From: Flavobacteriales bacterium
Lineage (GTDB): Bacteria > Bacteroidota > Bacteroidia > Flavobacteriales_D > UBA2798
DNA length: 64,000 nucleotides
Assembly: GCA_019694795.1 (NCBI GenBank)
Contig: JAIBBF010000012.1
Span: forward strand, 11,573 to 75,572
Reading direction: 5' to 3'
Below the pieces are notes generated by a model. The model did no database searches. It saw only the letters and a program-made list of their open reading frames with translations, and was not told where the DNA came from. Positions 48,760-58,176 of this stretch are shown here, one piece after another. The first letter of the stretch is position 1. Every line of letters begins with the position of its first letter. The translations under genes were made by a program, and so were the position numbers.

Positions 48760-50888
48760 TCAGCTTCCTTCATCGATAAACCAATACGCTTTCTGGGAAT
48801 ATCCACTTCCATCACTTTCACTTTTACATGCTGATGTAATTTCACCACTTCATTCGGATCGCTTACATATTTATTTGCTAATTGAGAAATGTGGACCAAT
48901 CCATCCTGCTTTACGCCCACATCAACAAAACATCCGAAATTGGTAATGTTGGTCACAATACCCGGAACAATCATTCCTTCGCGCAAATCCTCAATGGAAA
49001 AAATTCCATCGGCAAACTCGAACACCTTCGCTGCTTTACGTGGATCGCGGGTGGGTTTGGATAATTCTTTTAATATATCCTGAATGGTTTGCTTACCTGC
49101 AGTCTCCGTAATAAAATCATCGGCCTTTAATTGTTTTACCAAACTTTCATTGCCAATTAATTCTTTTACCGGCTTACCCAGTTTTTTGGCCATCTTTTCT
49201 ACAATGGAATAACTCTCCGGATGCACGGCAGAATTATCGAGCGGATTTTCGCTGTCTTCCACCCTTAAAAATCCGGCTGATTGTTCAAAGGCTTTAGGAC
49301 CTAAACGCGGAACCTTTTTCAAATCTTCACGCGAGTGAAAGGCACCGTTTTTCGCTCTGAATTCAACAATATTTTCAGCGAGGATCGGACCCAAACCGGA
49401 TACGTAGGTCAACAAATGTTTCGAAGCCGTATTCAAACTCACACCCACATTATTTACACAACTTTCAACTACGGCATCCAATTCACGTTTTAACATTCCC
49501 TGGTCCACATCATGCTGGTATTGTCCAACACCAATACTTTTCGGATCAATTTTTACCAATTCGGCAAGCGGATCCATGAGTCGGCGACCAATGGAAACTG
49601 ATCCACGAACGGTGACATCATAATCCGGAAATTCTTCACGTGCAACCGAAGAAGCAGAATACACCGAAGCACCGGCTTCACTCACTACAAATACTTTTAC
49701 TTCACGATCGAAACGACAACGCTTTACCAATTGTTCTGTTTCGCGACTTGCCGTTCCGTTTCCAATGGCAATCGCTTCAATGCGGTATTGTTCCACCAAA
49801 CGCGATAAAGCCCGAATGGCATCTGCCGTTTCGTTTTGCGGAGCGTGCGGATAAATGGTGGTATTGTTCAATAAATTTCCATGCTCATCGATGCACACCA
49901 CTTTACAACCGGTACGGTAACCCGGATCCAAGGCAAGAATTCGCTTTGCACCCAATGGGGGTGATAACAATAACTGACGAAGATTTTCTGCAAAAACTTT
50001 TACGGCCGATTCATCTGCTTTTTCCTTAGCCATAATTCTGAATTCCGTTTCAATGGAAGGCTCCAATAAACGACTCCAGGAATCTGCAAGCGCTTCTTTT
50101 ACCTGATCGGCACTTTCATTACGCGAACGCACGACGTGACGCTCCAATACTTCTACAGCAGCTTCCTTATCAATCGAAATCCGTACACGTAAAAATCCTT
50201 CATTCTCCCCGCGCAGCATAGCTAACAACCGATGAGAGGGAACACGCGCAAGTGATTCTTTCCAATCGAAATAATCTTTGTATTTAGCACCGTCTTCATC
50301 TTTACCACGTACCAGCTTGGAAGAAATAACGGCTTCCCGCTGATAGAGAAAACGGATTTTATTTCTTGCACTGGCATCTTCACTCACCATTTCTGCAATG
50401 ATATCGCGGGCACCTTCCAATGCTTCTTCTACAGTTTTCACATCATCACTCAGGAAATTTTCGGCAGCGGCTTCTACATCATTGTTCTTTTGCTCCAGAA
50501 TTAAATTCGCCAATGGCTCTAATCCTTTTTCACGTGCAACCACTGCACGGGTTTTGCGTTTGGGTTTATAGGGAAGATAAATATCTTCCAAATCGGTAGA
50601 ATCGTAACAATCTTCAATTTTGCGGCGAAGTTCGGGAGTTAATTTCCCCTGTTCCTCAATTGTATTTAAAATACTTTCTTTCCGGGAAAGGAGCGACTTC
50701 AATTTTTCATGCTCGAATTTTACACGCATCACTTCCACCTCATCCAAACTACCCGTCATCTCTTTACGATAACGGGAAATAAACGGAACCGTTGCTCCTT
50801 CTTCCAAAAGGCGAATGGTATTCTGAACCTGATTGCGCTTGAGTCCTAAACGCGACTCAATAATCCCGATAATTTTATTGTCTTCCAT
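48756..50888 (-). CDS. tex: Tex-like transcription accessory protein (YqgF, HhH and C-terminal S1 domains)
   Basis: LLEEGATVPFISRYRKE start region, ILALDPGYRTGCK (YqgF/RuvC-like), C-terminal S1 (GMIVPGIVTNITNFGCFVDVGVKQDGLVHISQL). Start set at MEDNKIIG; 50918 and 51029 are alternatives. Confidence 0.93.
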   Translation of the reverse strand: MEDNKIIGIIESRLGLKRNQVQNTIRLLEEGATVPFISRYRKEMTGSLDEVEVMRVKFEHEKLKSLLSRKESILNTIEEQGKLTPELRRKIEDCYDSTDLEDIYLPYKPKRKTRAVVAREKGLEPLANLILEQKNNDVEAAAENFLSDDVKTVEEALEGARDIIAEMVSEDASARNKIRFLYQREAVISSKLVRGKDEDGAKYKDYFDWKESLARVPSHRLLAMLRGENEGFLRVRISIDKEAAVEVLERHVVRSRNESADQVKEALADSWSRLLEPSIETEFRIMAKEKADESAVKVFAENLRQLLLSPPLGAKRILALDPGYRTGCKVVCIDEHGNLLNNTTIYPHAPQNETADAIRALSRLVEQYRIEAIAIGNGTASRETEQLVKRCRFDREVKVFVVSEAGASVYSASSVAREEFPDYDVTVRGSVSIGRRLMDPLAELVKIDPKSIGVGQYQHDVDQGMLKRELDAVVESCVNNVGVSLNTASKHLLTYVSGLGPILAENIVEFRAKNGAFHSREDLKKVPRLGPKAFEQSAGFLRVEDSENPLDNSAVHPESYSIVEKMAKKLGKPVKELIGNESLVKQLKADDFITETAGKQTIQDILKELSKPTRDPRKAAKVFEFADGIFSIEDLREGMIVPGIVTNITNFGCFVDVGVKQDGLVHISQLANKYVSDPNEVVKLHQHVKVKVMEVDIPRKRIGLSMKEAE

Positions 50889-50991
50889 AACTGCAATTTT
50901 AGGAGTATAGGTCGACATATGGAAGGGGAAAATATTGACACTTGTAAAAAGAATGGTTGAAAAATCCTGATAAAAAATCGGGGGATTTTTA

Positions 50992-51498
50992 TTATTTCCC
51001 TGAGGAGGTGGATAAACACTCAGACGCAAATTTATCCAACACCGATTGTTCCACCATATTTACCAGCCGGGGGTCGGGCTGAAATTTCATGAGTTTTTCG
51101 AGCATACAGGGACAATACAATTCCGCATTTACGGAAGAACCGTTCAATGTACGTTTACATCCTGCAATAAAGGAAGCTTTTGAATCTTCGTTCCAACTCT
51201 CAATAAATGGTCCACCCGGATAACGGTTTTTCACCTCTACAATGCATGTTTCGGAATACTGAACAAGCATGGAATCGCTTACACTAGATCCGGGACCAGG
51301 ATGATTTCGAAAAAATAAATCGAGGTAGCATGAACAATAATCAGCCGCTGCACCGGGAATAAAAAATGTTTGTGCCGTGTGAATACAATCACTGTTTAAT
51401 TTCAGCGAATCCTCGGCGGTCCACTTTTCATTTTGTGCCAACGAAAAATGAACCTGCAAGGCAAAACAAAATGCTATAACATGGTTAACCTTTAACAT
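50992..51498 (-). CDS. Cys-rich secreted hypothetical protein
   Basis: Signal-like MLKVNHVIAFCFALQVHFSLAQ. Multiple cysteines are spread through the mature part. There is a 14-nt overlap with the upstream gene. Confidence 0.55.
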   Translation of the reverse strand: MLKVNHVIAFCFALQVHFSLAQNEKWTAEDSLKLNSDCIHTAQTFFIPGAAADYCSCYLDLFFRNHPGPGSSVSDSMLVQYSETCIVEVKNRYPGGPFIESWNEDSKASFIAGCKRTLNGSSVNAELYCPCMLEKLMKFQPDPRLVNMVEQSVLDKFASECLSTSSGK

Positions 51499-53347
51499 AA
51501 AATCCCGCTGAAGCTCCGAAATACAATCCACTCAATTTGGTATAAGGCGAGTTATTATCGGGAGAGCCGTTAAGCCTCCATTTTTTATTGCTTAAATCGA
51601 GCATATAAGAGGCATTACATCCAATAAAGAAAAATTTAAGATTCACTCTTAAATCCATTCCCGCCTCAAAGAAAAAAGCAGGATTCCGCCATTGGGAAAT
51701 GGTTTCGGTTGAATTGCCGAATATGCCTCCATTGTTTAAGGGACCATGCGTCTGTTTTTCGATCAGATTCAATTGGGAAAAACCACTTCCGCCGAAAATA
51801 ACCCAGTCGACCACCTGATTTAAAATCAAATCTCCCCCGGTTCTCCAGCGAAATGAAAATCCGCTCATCGAAAGCGAGAGGGAATCCGTAGGCTGAACCG
51901 ATTGCCGGCTTAAACCATCAAAGCGAAACGATGCAAAAACAAAATCATCGCCAACACTTATTGATCCGCCCATCCAGGTTAAGGGAGAAATAAATTTGAT
52001 ATCTGTTCCCAGTGATGTGCTCAGTGAATTATTCAGGGACGATAAACTATTGTTCAGGTATGAATAATTAAATTCAAAATAGGTACGGGTATAATAATAA
52101 TTTATTTTCGAACCTGAACCTGAACCACTTTTTCCGGTGAAACGTAAATTATCTTCTTCCACATTCATCTGATTGATGATTACAAAAGGAAAACGGGCAT
52201 AAACAGATCGTTCAACGCTTGAATCGTTTGCAATTGAAAACAGCGTTAACCCATTTTTATCTGCTTTTGGAACGAGTAATTCAACTTCATCGTCGACCAC
52301 CACATTCTGTTCGCGAAAATTTCCTTGCGGATAATAAATACCGATACTCAGTACTTGATTTTTTAAATCCGCTTCATCACCAATGCGGGTGGCCAGTGTT
52401 TTAAAATAATAATAGCCGCACCAATTATCTTCCTGCTCCTGCGAAGTGTGACAACGACCAAACTGTCCGTAAAACTTTTCATTCGGATATTTCCGCAATA
52501 GGGTCATCATTTCATCGTGCATATACATTTCGCGATAAACATATTGCTGCACTACATTCTGATTGATATAATTGCTTCGTTCAAATTCTGCTCTTAATCC
52601 TTTTTCAATTAATGCGAAATCATCATAATTATTCCCCAAATACCTTTTCCATACTACGCGATTGGAATCGAGGTCGTCGAAAATAATGTAAAGCGAATTG
52701 GCCACACTATAGTTAACTTCAGAAAACAATCCCGACATATCATCCGAATCATCCGATTTGGATCTGCGGTTATAATTATTCTTTTGTTGTTTATCAATCA
52801 TCACCGCCATCGCCTTGATCGACTCCACCGACATTCTGATTTCATGCGGGGCCTCTTCTTTTGGGAGCAGCAGCGATAATACTTTAACCGGTGTACTGAA
52901 ATTCCGCTCAATATCGATTCCGTAGATATGGATTTTAGCAGAATCCGGAAGTTTTTCGTTCATTTCCCTTAACTCCTTATACAACTGAGCATATTCTTCA
53001 TAGGAATATTCATTTAATACATTGTACAGGGCCGTATCGCCGGTTTGTACATATTGATTCACCAACCAGGCACGGGCGTGACCAAATTCCATAAAAAAGT
53101 TTCTGAACCCGGCGGTCTTATTCAAATAGCGGAACATTTTCATCTCCAGTTGATAATTGCTTTTACGGTGCAAATGATTTTCACCCGTAAAAACCACCCG
53201 CTTGTTCATCACGGCTGTGTCGAGCATCGAAAATGTACTAAAGGCATCATTATTGGAGATATCCAGTAAAGACGAAGTTTGGGCGAAACCTTGCCAGATT
53301 CCGCTAAAAAACAAAACCAGGGTAAAAACGGTGTTTTTGTTCAGCAT
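51485..53347 (-). CDS. secreted protein: EreA/ChaN/Tiki-like N-domain, Ser/Gly linker, beta-rich C-domain
   Basis: Signal peptide MLNKNTVFTLVLFFSGIWQGFAQ. VVFTGENHLHRKSNYQLEMKMFRYLNKTAGFRNFFMEFGHARAWLVNQYVQTGD resembles the GE.H start of erythromycin-esterase/ChaN-type folds. Linker GKSGSGSGSK. The family call is weak. Confidence 0.6.
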   Translation of the reverse strand: MLNKNTVFTLVLFFSGIWQGFAQTSSLLDISNNDAFSTFSMLDTAVMNKRVVFTGENHLHRKSNYQLEMKMFRYLNKTAGFRNFFMEFGHARAWLVNQYVQTGDTALYNVLNEYSYEEYAQLYKELREMNEKLPDSAKIHIYGIDIERNFSTPVKVLSLLLPKEEAPHEIRMSVESIKAMAVMIDKQQKNNYNRRSKSDDSDDMSGLFSEVNYSVANSLYIIFDDLDSNRVVWKRYLGNNYDDFALIEKGLRAEFERSNYINQNVVQQYVYREMYMHDEMMTLLRKYPNEKFYGQFGRCHTSQEQEDNWCGYYYFKTLATRIGDEADLKNQVLSIGIYYPQGNFREQNVVVDDEVELLVPKADKNGLTLFSIANDSSVERSVYARFPFVIINQMNVEEDNLRFTGKSGSGSGSKINYYYTRTYFEFNYSYLNNSLSSLNNSLSTSLGTDIKFISPLTWMGGSISVGDDFVFASFRFDGLSRQSVQPTDSLSLSMSGFSFRWRTGGDLILNQVVDWVIFGGSGFSQLNLIEKQTHGPLNNGGIFGNSTETISQWRNPAFFFEAGMDLRVNLKFFFIGCNASYMLDLSNKKWRLNGSPDNNSPYTKLSGLYFGASAGFYVKG

Positions 53348-53399
53348 AGGGTTAAAGAGTATCTTTTAAAGATACGGAAAATGACAGTTTTAGGTATTT

Positions 53400-53428
53400 T
53401 GTAACCGCAAATAATTTTTTTTCGTTTA
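53400..53428 (+). promoter_or_regulatory. candidate ECF-type promoter TGTAACC-N16-CGTTTA
   Basis: Read from the sequence. The spacing and the AAC / CGT cores resemble ECF -35/-10 elements. It lies 31 nt upstream of the ECF sigma ATG. A second TGTAACC occurs at 53432-53438. Confidence 0.35.
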
Positions 53429-53458
53429 GGCTGTAACCAGGCCGTATTATCTGCTTAT

Positions 53459-54064
53459 ATGGACAAAGATCCCGAAAAAATGATGGTCGAAACCACCTCT
53501 AAATACCACAAAACCCAGGTACAGCTCCAGGAGGAGAATGCTATGGTGGAGGCGGCCAAACAAAATCCGGAGCGCTTTGAGCCTTTATACAATGCTTATT
53601 ACGAACAGATTTTCCGCTACATCTATCAACGTATAGATGATAAAGAAACGGCATTTGATATCTGTTCGCAGGTTTTTTTAAAGGCACTGACCAATATTCA
53701 TAAATATGAATTTCGCGGTGTACCCTTTAGCAGTTGGTTATACCGTATTGCACAGAATGAGGTTTATGAAGCCCTGCGTCAGGAAAAAGCGCATCGGACC
53801 GTTAATCTGGAAACCCGCCAGGTTCGCGACATGCTCGATGAGATGGACGGCGGACATAGCGAGGACATGTTCAGATTACTGGAACGCGTGCTTCCCGAAT
53901 TGCCTGAAGAAGATTTGCAAATGATTGAATGGAGATTCTTCGAAAAAAGATCCTTCCGTGAAATCGGTGAAATATTAGGCATAACTGAAAACAATGCGAA
54001 GGTGCGTGGTCACCGTTCGCTCGAAAAACTGAAACGCTTATTCAAGACATTTATACAAGAGTAA
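53459..54064 (+). CDS. ECF-type RNA polymerase sigma-70 factor
   Basis: Region 2 (FEPLYNAYYEQIFRYIYQRIDDKETAFDICSQVFLKAL ... SWLYRIAQNEV) and region 4 (LPEEDLQMIEWRFFEKRSFREIGEILGITENNAKVRGHRSLEKL). Confidence 0.9.
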   Translation: MDKDPEKMMVETTSKYHKTQVQLQEENAMVEAAKQNPERFEPLYNAYYEQIFRYIYQRIDDKETAFDICSQVFLKALTNIHKYEFRGVPFSSWLYRIAQNEVYEALRQEKAHRTVNLETRQVRDMLDEMDGGHSEDMFRLLERVLPELPEEDLQMIEWRFFEKRSFREIGEILGITENNAKVRGHRSLEKLKRLFKTFIQE

Positions 54065-55914
54065 TGAAACCTAAAATTACCATCGACCGTGAGCCCATCA
54101 GTTCGGAGGAAATTCTCGCCAGAAGAAATTTCACCCAGGTGATGTCGAACGTAAAGTTGATGCAGAAACCGTTCTTCAAAAGCACCTGGTTTATTTCATC
54201 CGTTGCCGCTACGGCAATTGCGGGAATGGCCCTGGTAGCTTATCTGAATACAGGAAAAACATCCGAAAATAATACTCCGGATCCTGTTACAGAAGAACTG
54301 AGCGCTGCACCAGCCACTGCAATTCTTGCAGATACCACTATCTCTTATTCTGAAGATAGCCCTTGCATACATCCTCCGGTTCCGGGTGCAGAAAAAAAAT
54401 ACAGCACCTATACCATCAATAACCAGGAAGGCGCTACCATTCAACATCCAACCGGGACAAAAATCACCATTCCGAAAAACAGCATCAGCGACAATAACGG
54501 AAATATTGTAAAAGGGAAAGTGGACATTCTATTCCGCGAATTCCATACAACAGAAGAAATTATTCTGAGTGGAATTCCCATGACCTACGATTCTGCCGGA
54601 ACACAATATCATTTTGAATCGGCAGGTATGTTCGATATCCGTGCGCAACAAAATGGAAACAATCTGAATATTGCTCCCAATGCAAAAATTAAAATTGAGC
54701 TGGCCAGCGATAAAAAAGATGCACGGTTTAATTTTTACGAATTAGATACTATCCAACGCAATTGGGTGTATTTAGGGAAAGAGCAAGTGAAAGGAAAAAA
54801 TAAAAAAGAAGAAAAAGGTGAAATCATTACCGTTAAAAACAATATAAAAGATCTAGAATGTGATTCCGCAATTTCAGCAAATTCAAATACCACCAATAAA
54901 TATCAGGATCCTGTCATTACTAAAAAACAAAATGAAATCGTAAAACTGGAAAGTAAGCTGACAACCCTGAAAAAATCGAAACCGGTTGAACCGAAGGAAG
55001 CCAGTTTAAAACGTCCCACCTTTAACCTCAATGTGGATCCACAGGAATTTCCGGAGTTGGAATCGTTCGAAGGAACCTTATTTGAAGTGAGTGAAGAAAA
55101 CAATAATTTTTCACGCGAGTGGTACAACCAGCAATGGAATGATGTAAAACTCAGTGAACACATCAGTGGTGTAAGTTATAAATTGGATCTTACCAAAGTA
55201 AGCGGAGGCCGATCCAACACCAATACCCTGATTGTATTCCCCGTTTTTAAAGGAGCAAATCTCGAAAAAGCACAAAAAATTTATACCGAAAAATTAGAAG
55301 CATACAACAAAAAAGTAAAAGAACAAGAAGTAGAACTTGCACGTAAACAAGAAGAATTAAAAGTTGCCATTGCGCAAAAAGAAGAACAATTGCGTGTTGA
55401 AGCAGCCGATCGTCGACGTAAAGAAGCCGAGGAAAGGGCTCGTCAGCAACAATTAATGATGCAAAATTCAGGTGCAGTTGCTACAGGAAATGTGGTTTAC
55501 ACCAACGATAAACAATTCATTGCCCAATCAATTGCTTCACGCACTTTCAGTATCGAACGATTTGGAACCTACAATTCTGATTGTCCGCAAAAATTACCAC
55601 ACCAACGAAAAATTATGGCACTGTATCTGGATGGATCTAAAAATCCGTTGATTCCAACTTCTCAGTTGTATTTGTGCGACAAACGCAGAAATCTGGTGTA
55701 TAACTATTATCCGGAAACCATGCGCAAACTTCAGTATGATCCGGAGGGAATAAACACCATCATGTTTTTCGATAAAGAAGGTTATGCCCACTTTTTCGGT
55801 CCCGGCGATTTTAAAATCATTCCGGAATCCGCCTCTAAATATGAATTCGTCATGCGCAGATCCGAATCGAAAATTACAGATCCGGACGATGTGAAAAAAA
55901 TCCTTTCTTTATAA
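54064..55914 (+). CDS. single-pass membrane protein with a large extracytoplasmic domain and coiled coil (putative anti-sigma/sensor)
   Basis: Its ATG overlaps the sigma stop (TAATG). TM helix WFISSVAATAIAGMALVAYL at about residue 40. Charged coiled coil KEQEVELARKQEELKVAIAQKEEQLRVEAADRRRKEAEERARQQQ. Confidence 0.7.
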   Translation: MKPKITIDREPISSEEILARRNFTQVMSNVKLMQKPFFKSTWFISSVAATAIAGMALVAYLNTGKTSENNTPDPVTEELSAAPATAILADTTISYSEDSPCIHPPVPGAEKKYSTYTINNQEGATIQHPTGTKITIPKNSISDNNGNIVKGKVDILFREFHTTEEIILSGIPMTYDSAGTQYHFESAGMFDIRAQQNGNNLNIAPNAKIKIELASDKKDARFNFYELDTIQRNWVYLGKEQVKGKNKKEEKGEIITVKNNIKDLECDSAISANSNTTNKYQDPVITKKQNEIVKLESKLTTLKKSKPVEPKEASLKRPTFNLNVDPQEFPELESFEGTLFEVSEENNNFSREWYNQQWNDVKLSEHISGVSYKLDLTKVSGGRSNTNTLIVFPVFKGANLEKAQKIYTEKLEAYNKKVKEQEVELARKQEELKVAIAQKEEQLRVEAADRRRKEAEERARQQQLMMQNSGAVATGNVVYTNDKQFIAQSIASRTFSIERFGTYNSDCPQKLPHQRKIMALYLDGSKNPLIPTSQLYLCDKRRNLVYNYYPETMRKLQYDPEGINTIMFFDKEGYAHFFGPGDFKIIPESASKYEFVMRRSESKITDPDDVKKILSL

Positions 55915-55916
55915 GA

Positions 55917-56774
55917 ATGAAATACACCCAACTCATTCTACTTGGCTCGTGCATGCTTTTTGCGTTTTCCTTTGCGAAAGAGGGAAATAAAAAAAGTAAA
56001 GGAAAAGGGTTTATTCCACCCGGAACCGTAAAAATTTCGGATTCGCTGTTCATGGATAAAACCGAGATTTCAAATTTCAGCTGGCTGGAATATGAAGCAT
56101 GGACCAAAAGAAACGAACCGGAAAAAAGGAATTCCGTTTTACCAGATACGAATTTGTGGATCACTCCCGAATTCAGCTACACCCCTTTTGAAAAATATTA
56201 TCACCGCCACTCCGCCTATCGCAATTATCCCGCAGTAGCCATCAGCTTTCAGCAAGCAAAAAAATATTGCAGGTGGAGGACAGCCATGGTCAATCACATG
56301 ATTTTGGTAAAACTCAAAAAGAAAAAATATGAGGACCCGATCGACCTCAACAATGAGACCTTTGTTGTATATCGATTACCCACTAAAAGTGAATGGGAAA
56401 AAGCAGCCTTCGGAGATAAAAATCCCATTCAATATCCATATGGCGTAAATCAGCTAAAGGATCCGAAAAGCGGGAAGAGTCATTCGCATACGCGGGAGGA
56501 CCGCAACCTGGACGCAACGTTTCCGAATGTAAAAAATGAACCGCCTACCTGTAAAGTGGATGATGGCATTGCCAATGCGTTTTTGGTCTATCATTTGATT
56601 GGTAATGTATCGGAAATGCTAAACGATTCAATCGTGATTGGTTTAAGTCACAACGATTTTTTGCGGAACGAGCACAATGTTCCCCATCCGGTGAATCGTT
56701 GGAGCTATTATCAAAAACCGTCACTGAACATCGGTTTTCGTTGTGTATGTGAAATCAGAAATTATCCGTGGTAA
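55917..56774 (+). CDS. formylglycine-generating-enzyme (SUMF1/FGE-sulfatase) fold protein, GldJ/GldK-like
   Basis: Signal peptide, then FMDKTEISNFSWLEY, YRNYPAVAISFQQAKKYCRW, YRLPTKSEWEKAAFG, GNVSEM and GFRCV, which match the conserved blocks of the FGE-sulfatase domain. Confidence 0.8.
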   Translation: MKYTQLILLGSCMLFAFSFAKEGNKKSKGKGFIPPGTVKISDSLFMDKTEISNFSWLEYEAWTKRNEPEKRNSVLPDTNLWITPEFSYTPFEKYYHRHSAYRNYPAVAISFQQAKKYCRWRTAMVNHMILVKLKKKKYEDPIDLNNETFVVYRLPTKSEWEKAAFGDKNPIQYPYGVNQLKDPKSGKSHSHTREDRNLDATFPNVKNEPPTCKVDDGIANAFLVYHLIGNVSEMLNDSIVIGLSHNDFLRNEHNVPHPVNRWSYYQKPSLNIGFRCVCEIRNYPW

Positions 56775-57643
56775 AAAAGATTCATACCTATATACTTTTC
56801 TCATTGCTCATGATGTTGAGCACCGGTCTTGCATTGGCCCAGGAAGAACCCATCGGTACCATTACCGTGCGGAAAGTCAAAGACCCCGATCCACGGATAG
56901 CAGGTAAAAAAGGCGGAAAAATTACACCGGCAGAAATGTGTAACGATTTGGGGATTGTAAGCGGAATGAAAAATGTCCGCATAATTCAATATAAAATTGT
57001 CTTCAACTCAGCCCGCGAACGCTTTTTTGATGTGGCAGGGAATAAAATTGACGGGGATATCTGTTACCTCGTTCAAAAATCGAAGCAAGGAGATATTATT
57101 ACATTCGAAGATATTCTTGCTCAAGATGAATTAGGACGCAATTTCAAATTAAATCCCATGCGTTTTGAAATTGAAATTGTACCGGAAAAAGATGTAGTGG
57201 ATCCTACAATTGAGAATAAAGAAATTATTAAGGCCGACACCACAGCTGTAAAACCGGAAAATAATAATGTCACCAATCCGGTTAAATCAAGCATCAATTG
57301 CAATGGAATGTATCTATTGAAAGAAGAATACATTTCAATGGAACGCACCTATATTAAATTGTATAACGACAGTGTGGCTTTCATTATAAAAACCGTAGGA
57401 GAAGCCGTTGTTATATCGCAATTCCTCGAGCGGCAATATGCCAAGGATGCAAAAAATGCACACGGAAAATATTATTGGAGAGGCGAAACTTTAATCATTG
57501 AATTCGATCGCAATTTTTCAGATTTCGATTTCAGCGGAAGATGGGAACCCGCAGGATTAATTGTTCAGCAACGTGATCCTGATGGCGCAATTATCAATGG
57601 AGAATTACGATTTACGCTCCTCCCCTTTTCCCGACCTAAATAA
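56768..57643 (+). CDS. secreted protein with an N-terminal GldM-C-terminal-like domain
   Basis: GTG start overlapping the FGE gene by 7 nt. Signal peptide MVKKIHTYILFSLLMMLSTGLALAQ. VRKVKDPDPRIAGKKGGKITPAEM..IIQYKIVF..GDIITFEDILAQDELGR.. resembles my recollection of the GldM/PorM terminal domain, which I could not verify. Confidence 0.6.
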   Translation: MVKKIHTYILFSLLMMLSTGLALAQEEPIGTITVRKVKDPDPRIAGKKGGKITPAEMCNDLGIVSGMKNVRIIQYKIVFNSARERFFDVAGNKIDGDICYLVQKSKQGDIITFEDILAQDELGRNFKLNPMRFEIEIVPEKDVVDPTIENKEIIKADTTAVKPENNNVTNPVKSSINCNGMYLLKEEYISMERTYIKLYNDSVAFIIKTVGEAVVISQFLERQYAKDAKNAHGKYYWRGETLIIEFDRNFSDFDFSGRWEPAGLIVQQRDPDGAIINGELRFTLLPFSRPK

Positions 57644-58153
57644 TTATTTAAACGCCTGAAACGACTCTATTACTTTATCGTAAACTTTGTAATTCGTGGA
57701 GTATCGTCGGTCTTCCCCAACAAAAGTGAGCAGGTACATACTGTTTCCAACCAGCGCGAATTTTTGGATAATCCGTAATTGCATTCCTTCTACCACCATT
57801 CGCACACAAATTTGACCGTAATCCATTCCTGATTTTTTCAATCGTTTAGCATAGATAAACTCAGCATTAGTTTGTGATGCAAAGGTTCCTTTTATTTCAC
57901 TGATAATTGAGTCAAGCGTGATAATCGGATCGAGATTGGGCTGAACCAGGAAATTAAAATTCTCTGCAAATGCATCGTTAGAACTTTCAAGAGGTTCCTT
58001 CACGAAAAATCGAATCAAGGGATCTTCGGTGGGTTCCGTTGTCCAGTCTTTTGGGTGACTAATACTGAATTCAGCCGTTTTAACGGTAGTCCATTTCCCT
58101 GCAAAACTTAATGTAGCGGAAAGGAAAGTCAGAATAAAAAATAGTGTTCTCAT
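57644..58153 (-). CDS. secreted hypothetical protein (PsbP/DcrB-like fold suspected)
   Basis: Signal peptide MRTLFFILTFLSATLSFAG and a FSISHPKDWTTEP start typical of DcrB/PsbP-like proteins. The call is weak. Confidence 0.6.
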   Translation of the reverse strand: MRTLFFILTFLSATLSFAGKWTTVKTAEFSISHPKDWTTEPTEDPLIRFFVKEPLESSNDAFAENFNFLVQPNLDPIITLDSIISEIKGTFASQTNAEFIYAKRLKKSGMDYGQICVRMVVEGMQLRIIQKFALVGNSMYLLTFVGEDRRYSTNYKVYDKVIESFQAFK

Positions 58154-58176
58154 GCTGCTAAAAATAAAAAAGCGGG

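Noticed and set aside
50889-51029. Upstream extension of tex (ORF-track start 51029), which overlaps the preceding gene.
   Set aside because: Tex homology begins near IIGIIESRLGL..VQNTIRLLEEGATVPFISRYRKE. The extension (MRLSVYPPPQGNNKNPP..) is not protein-like. ATG 50918 remains a possible alternative.
53432-53446. Second TGTAACC box followed by CGTA as an alternative ECF promoter.
   Set aside because: The spacing between the boxes is only 4 nt, which is incompatible with ECF -35/-10 geometry. I kept the upstream TGTAACC-N16-CGTTTA instead, at low confidence.
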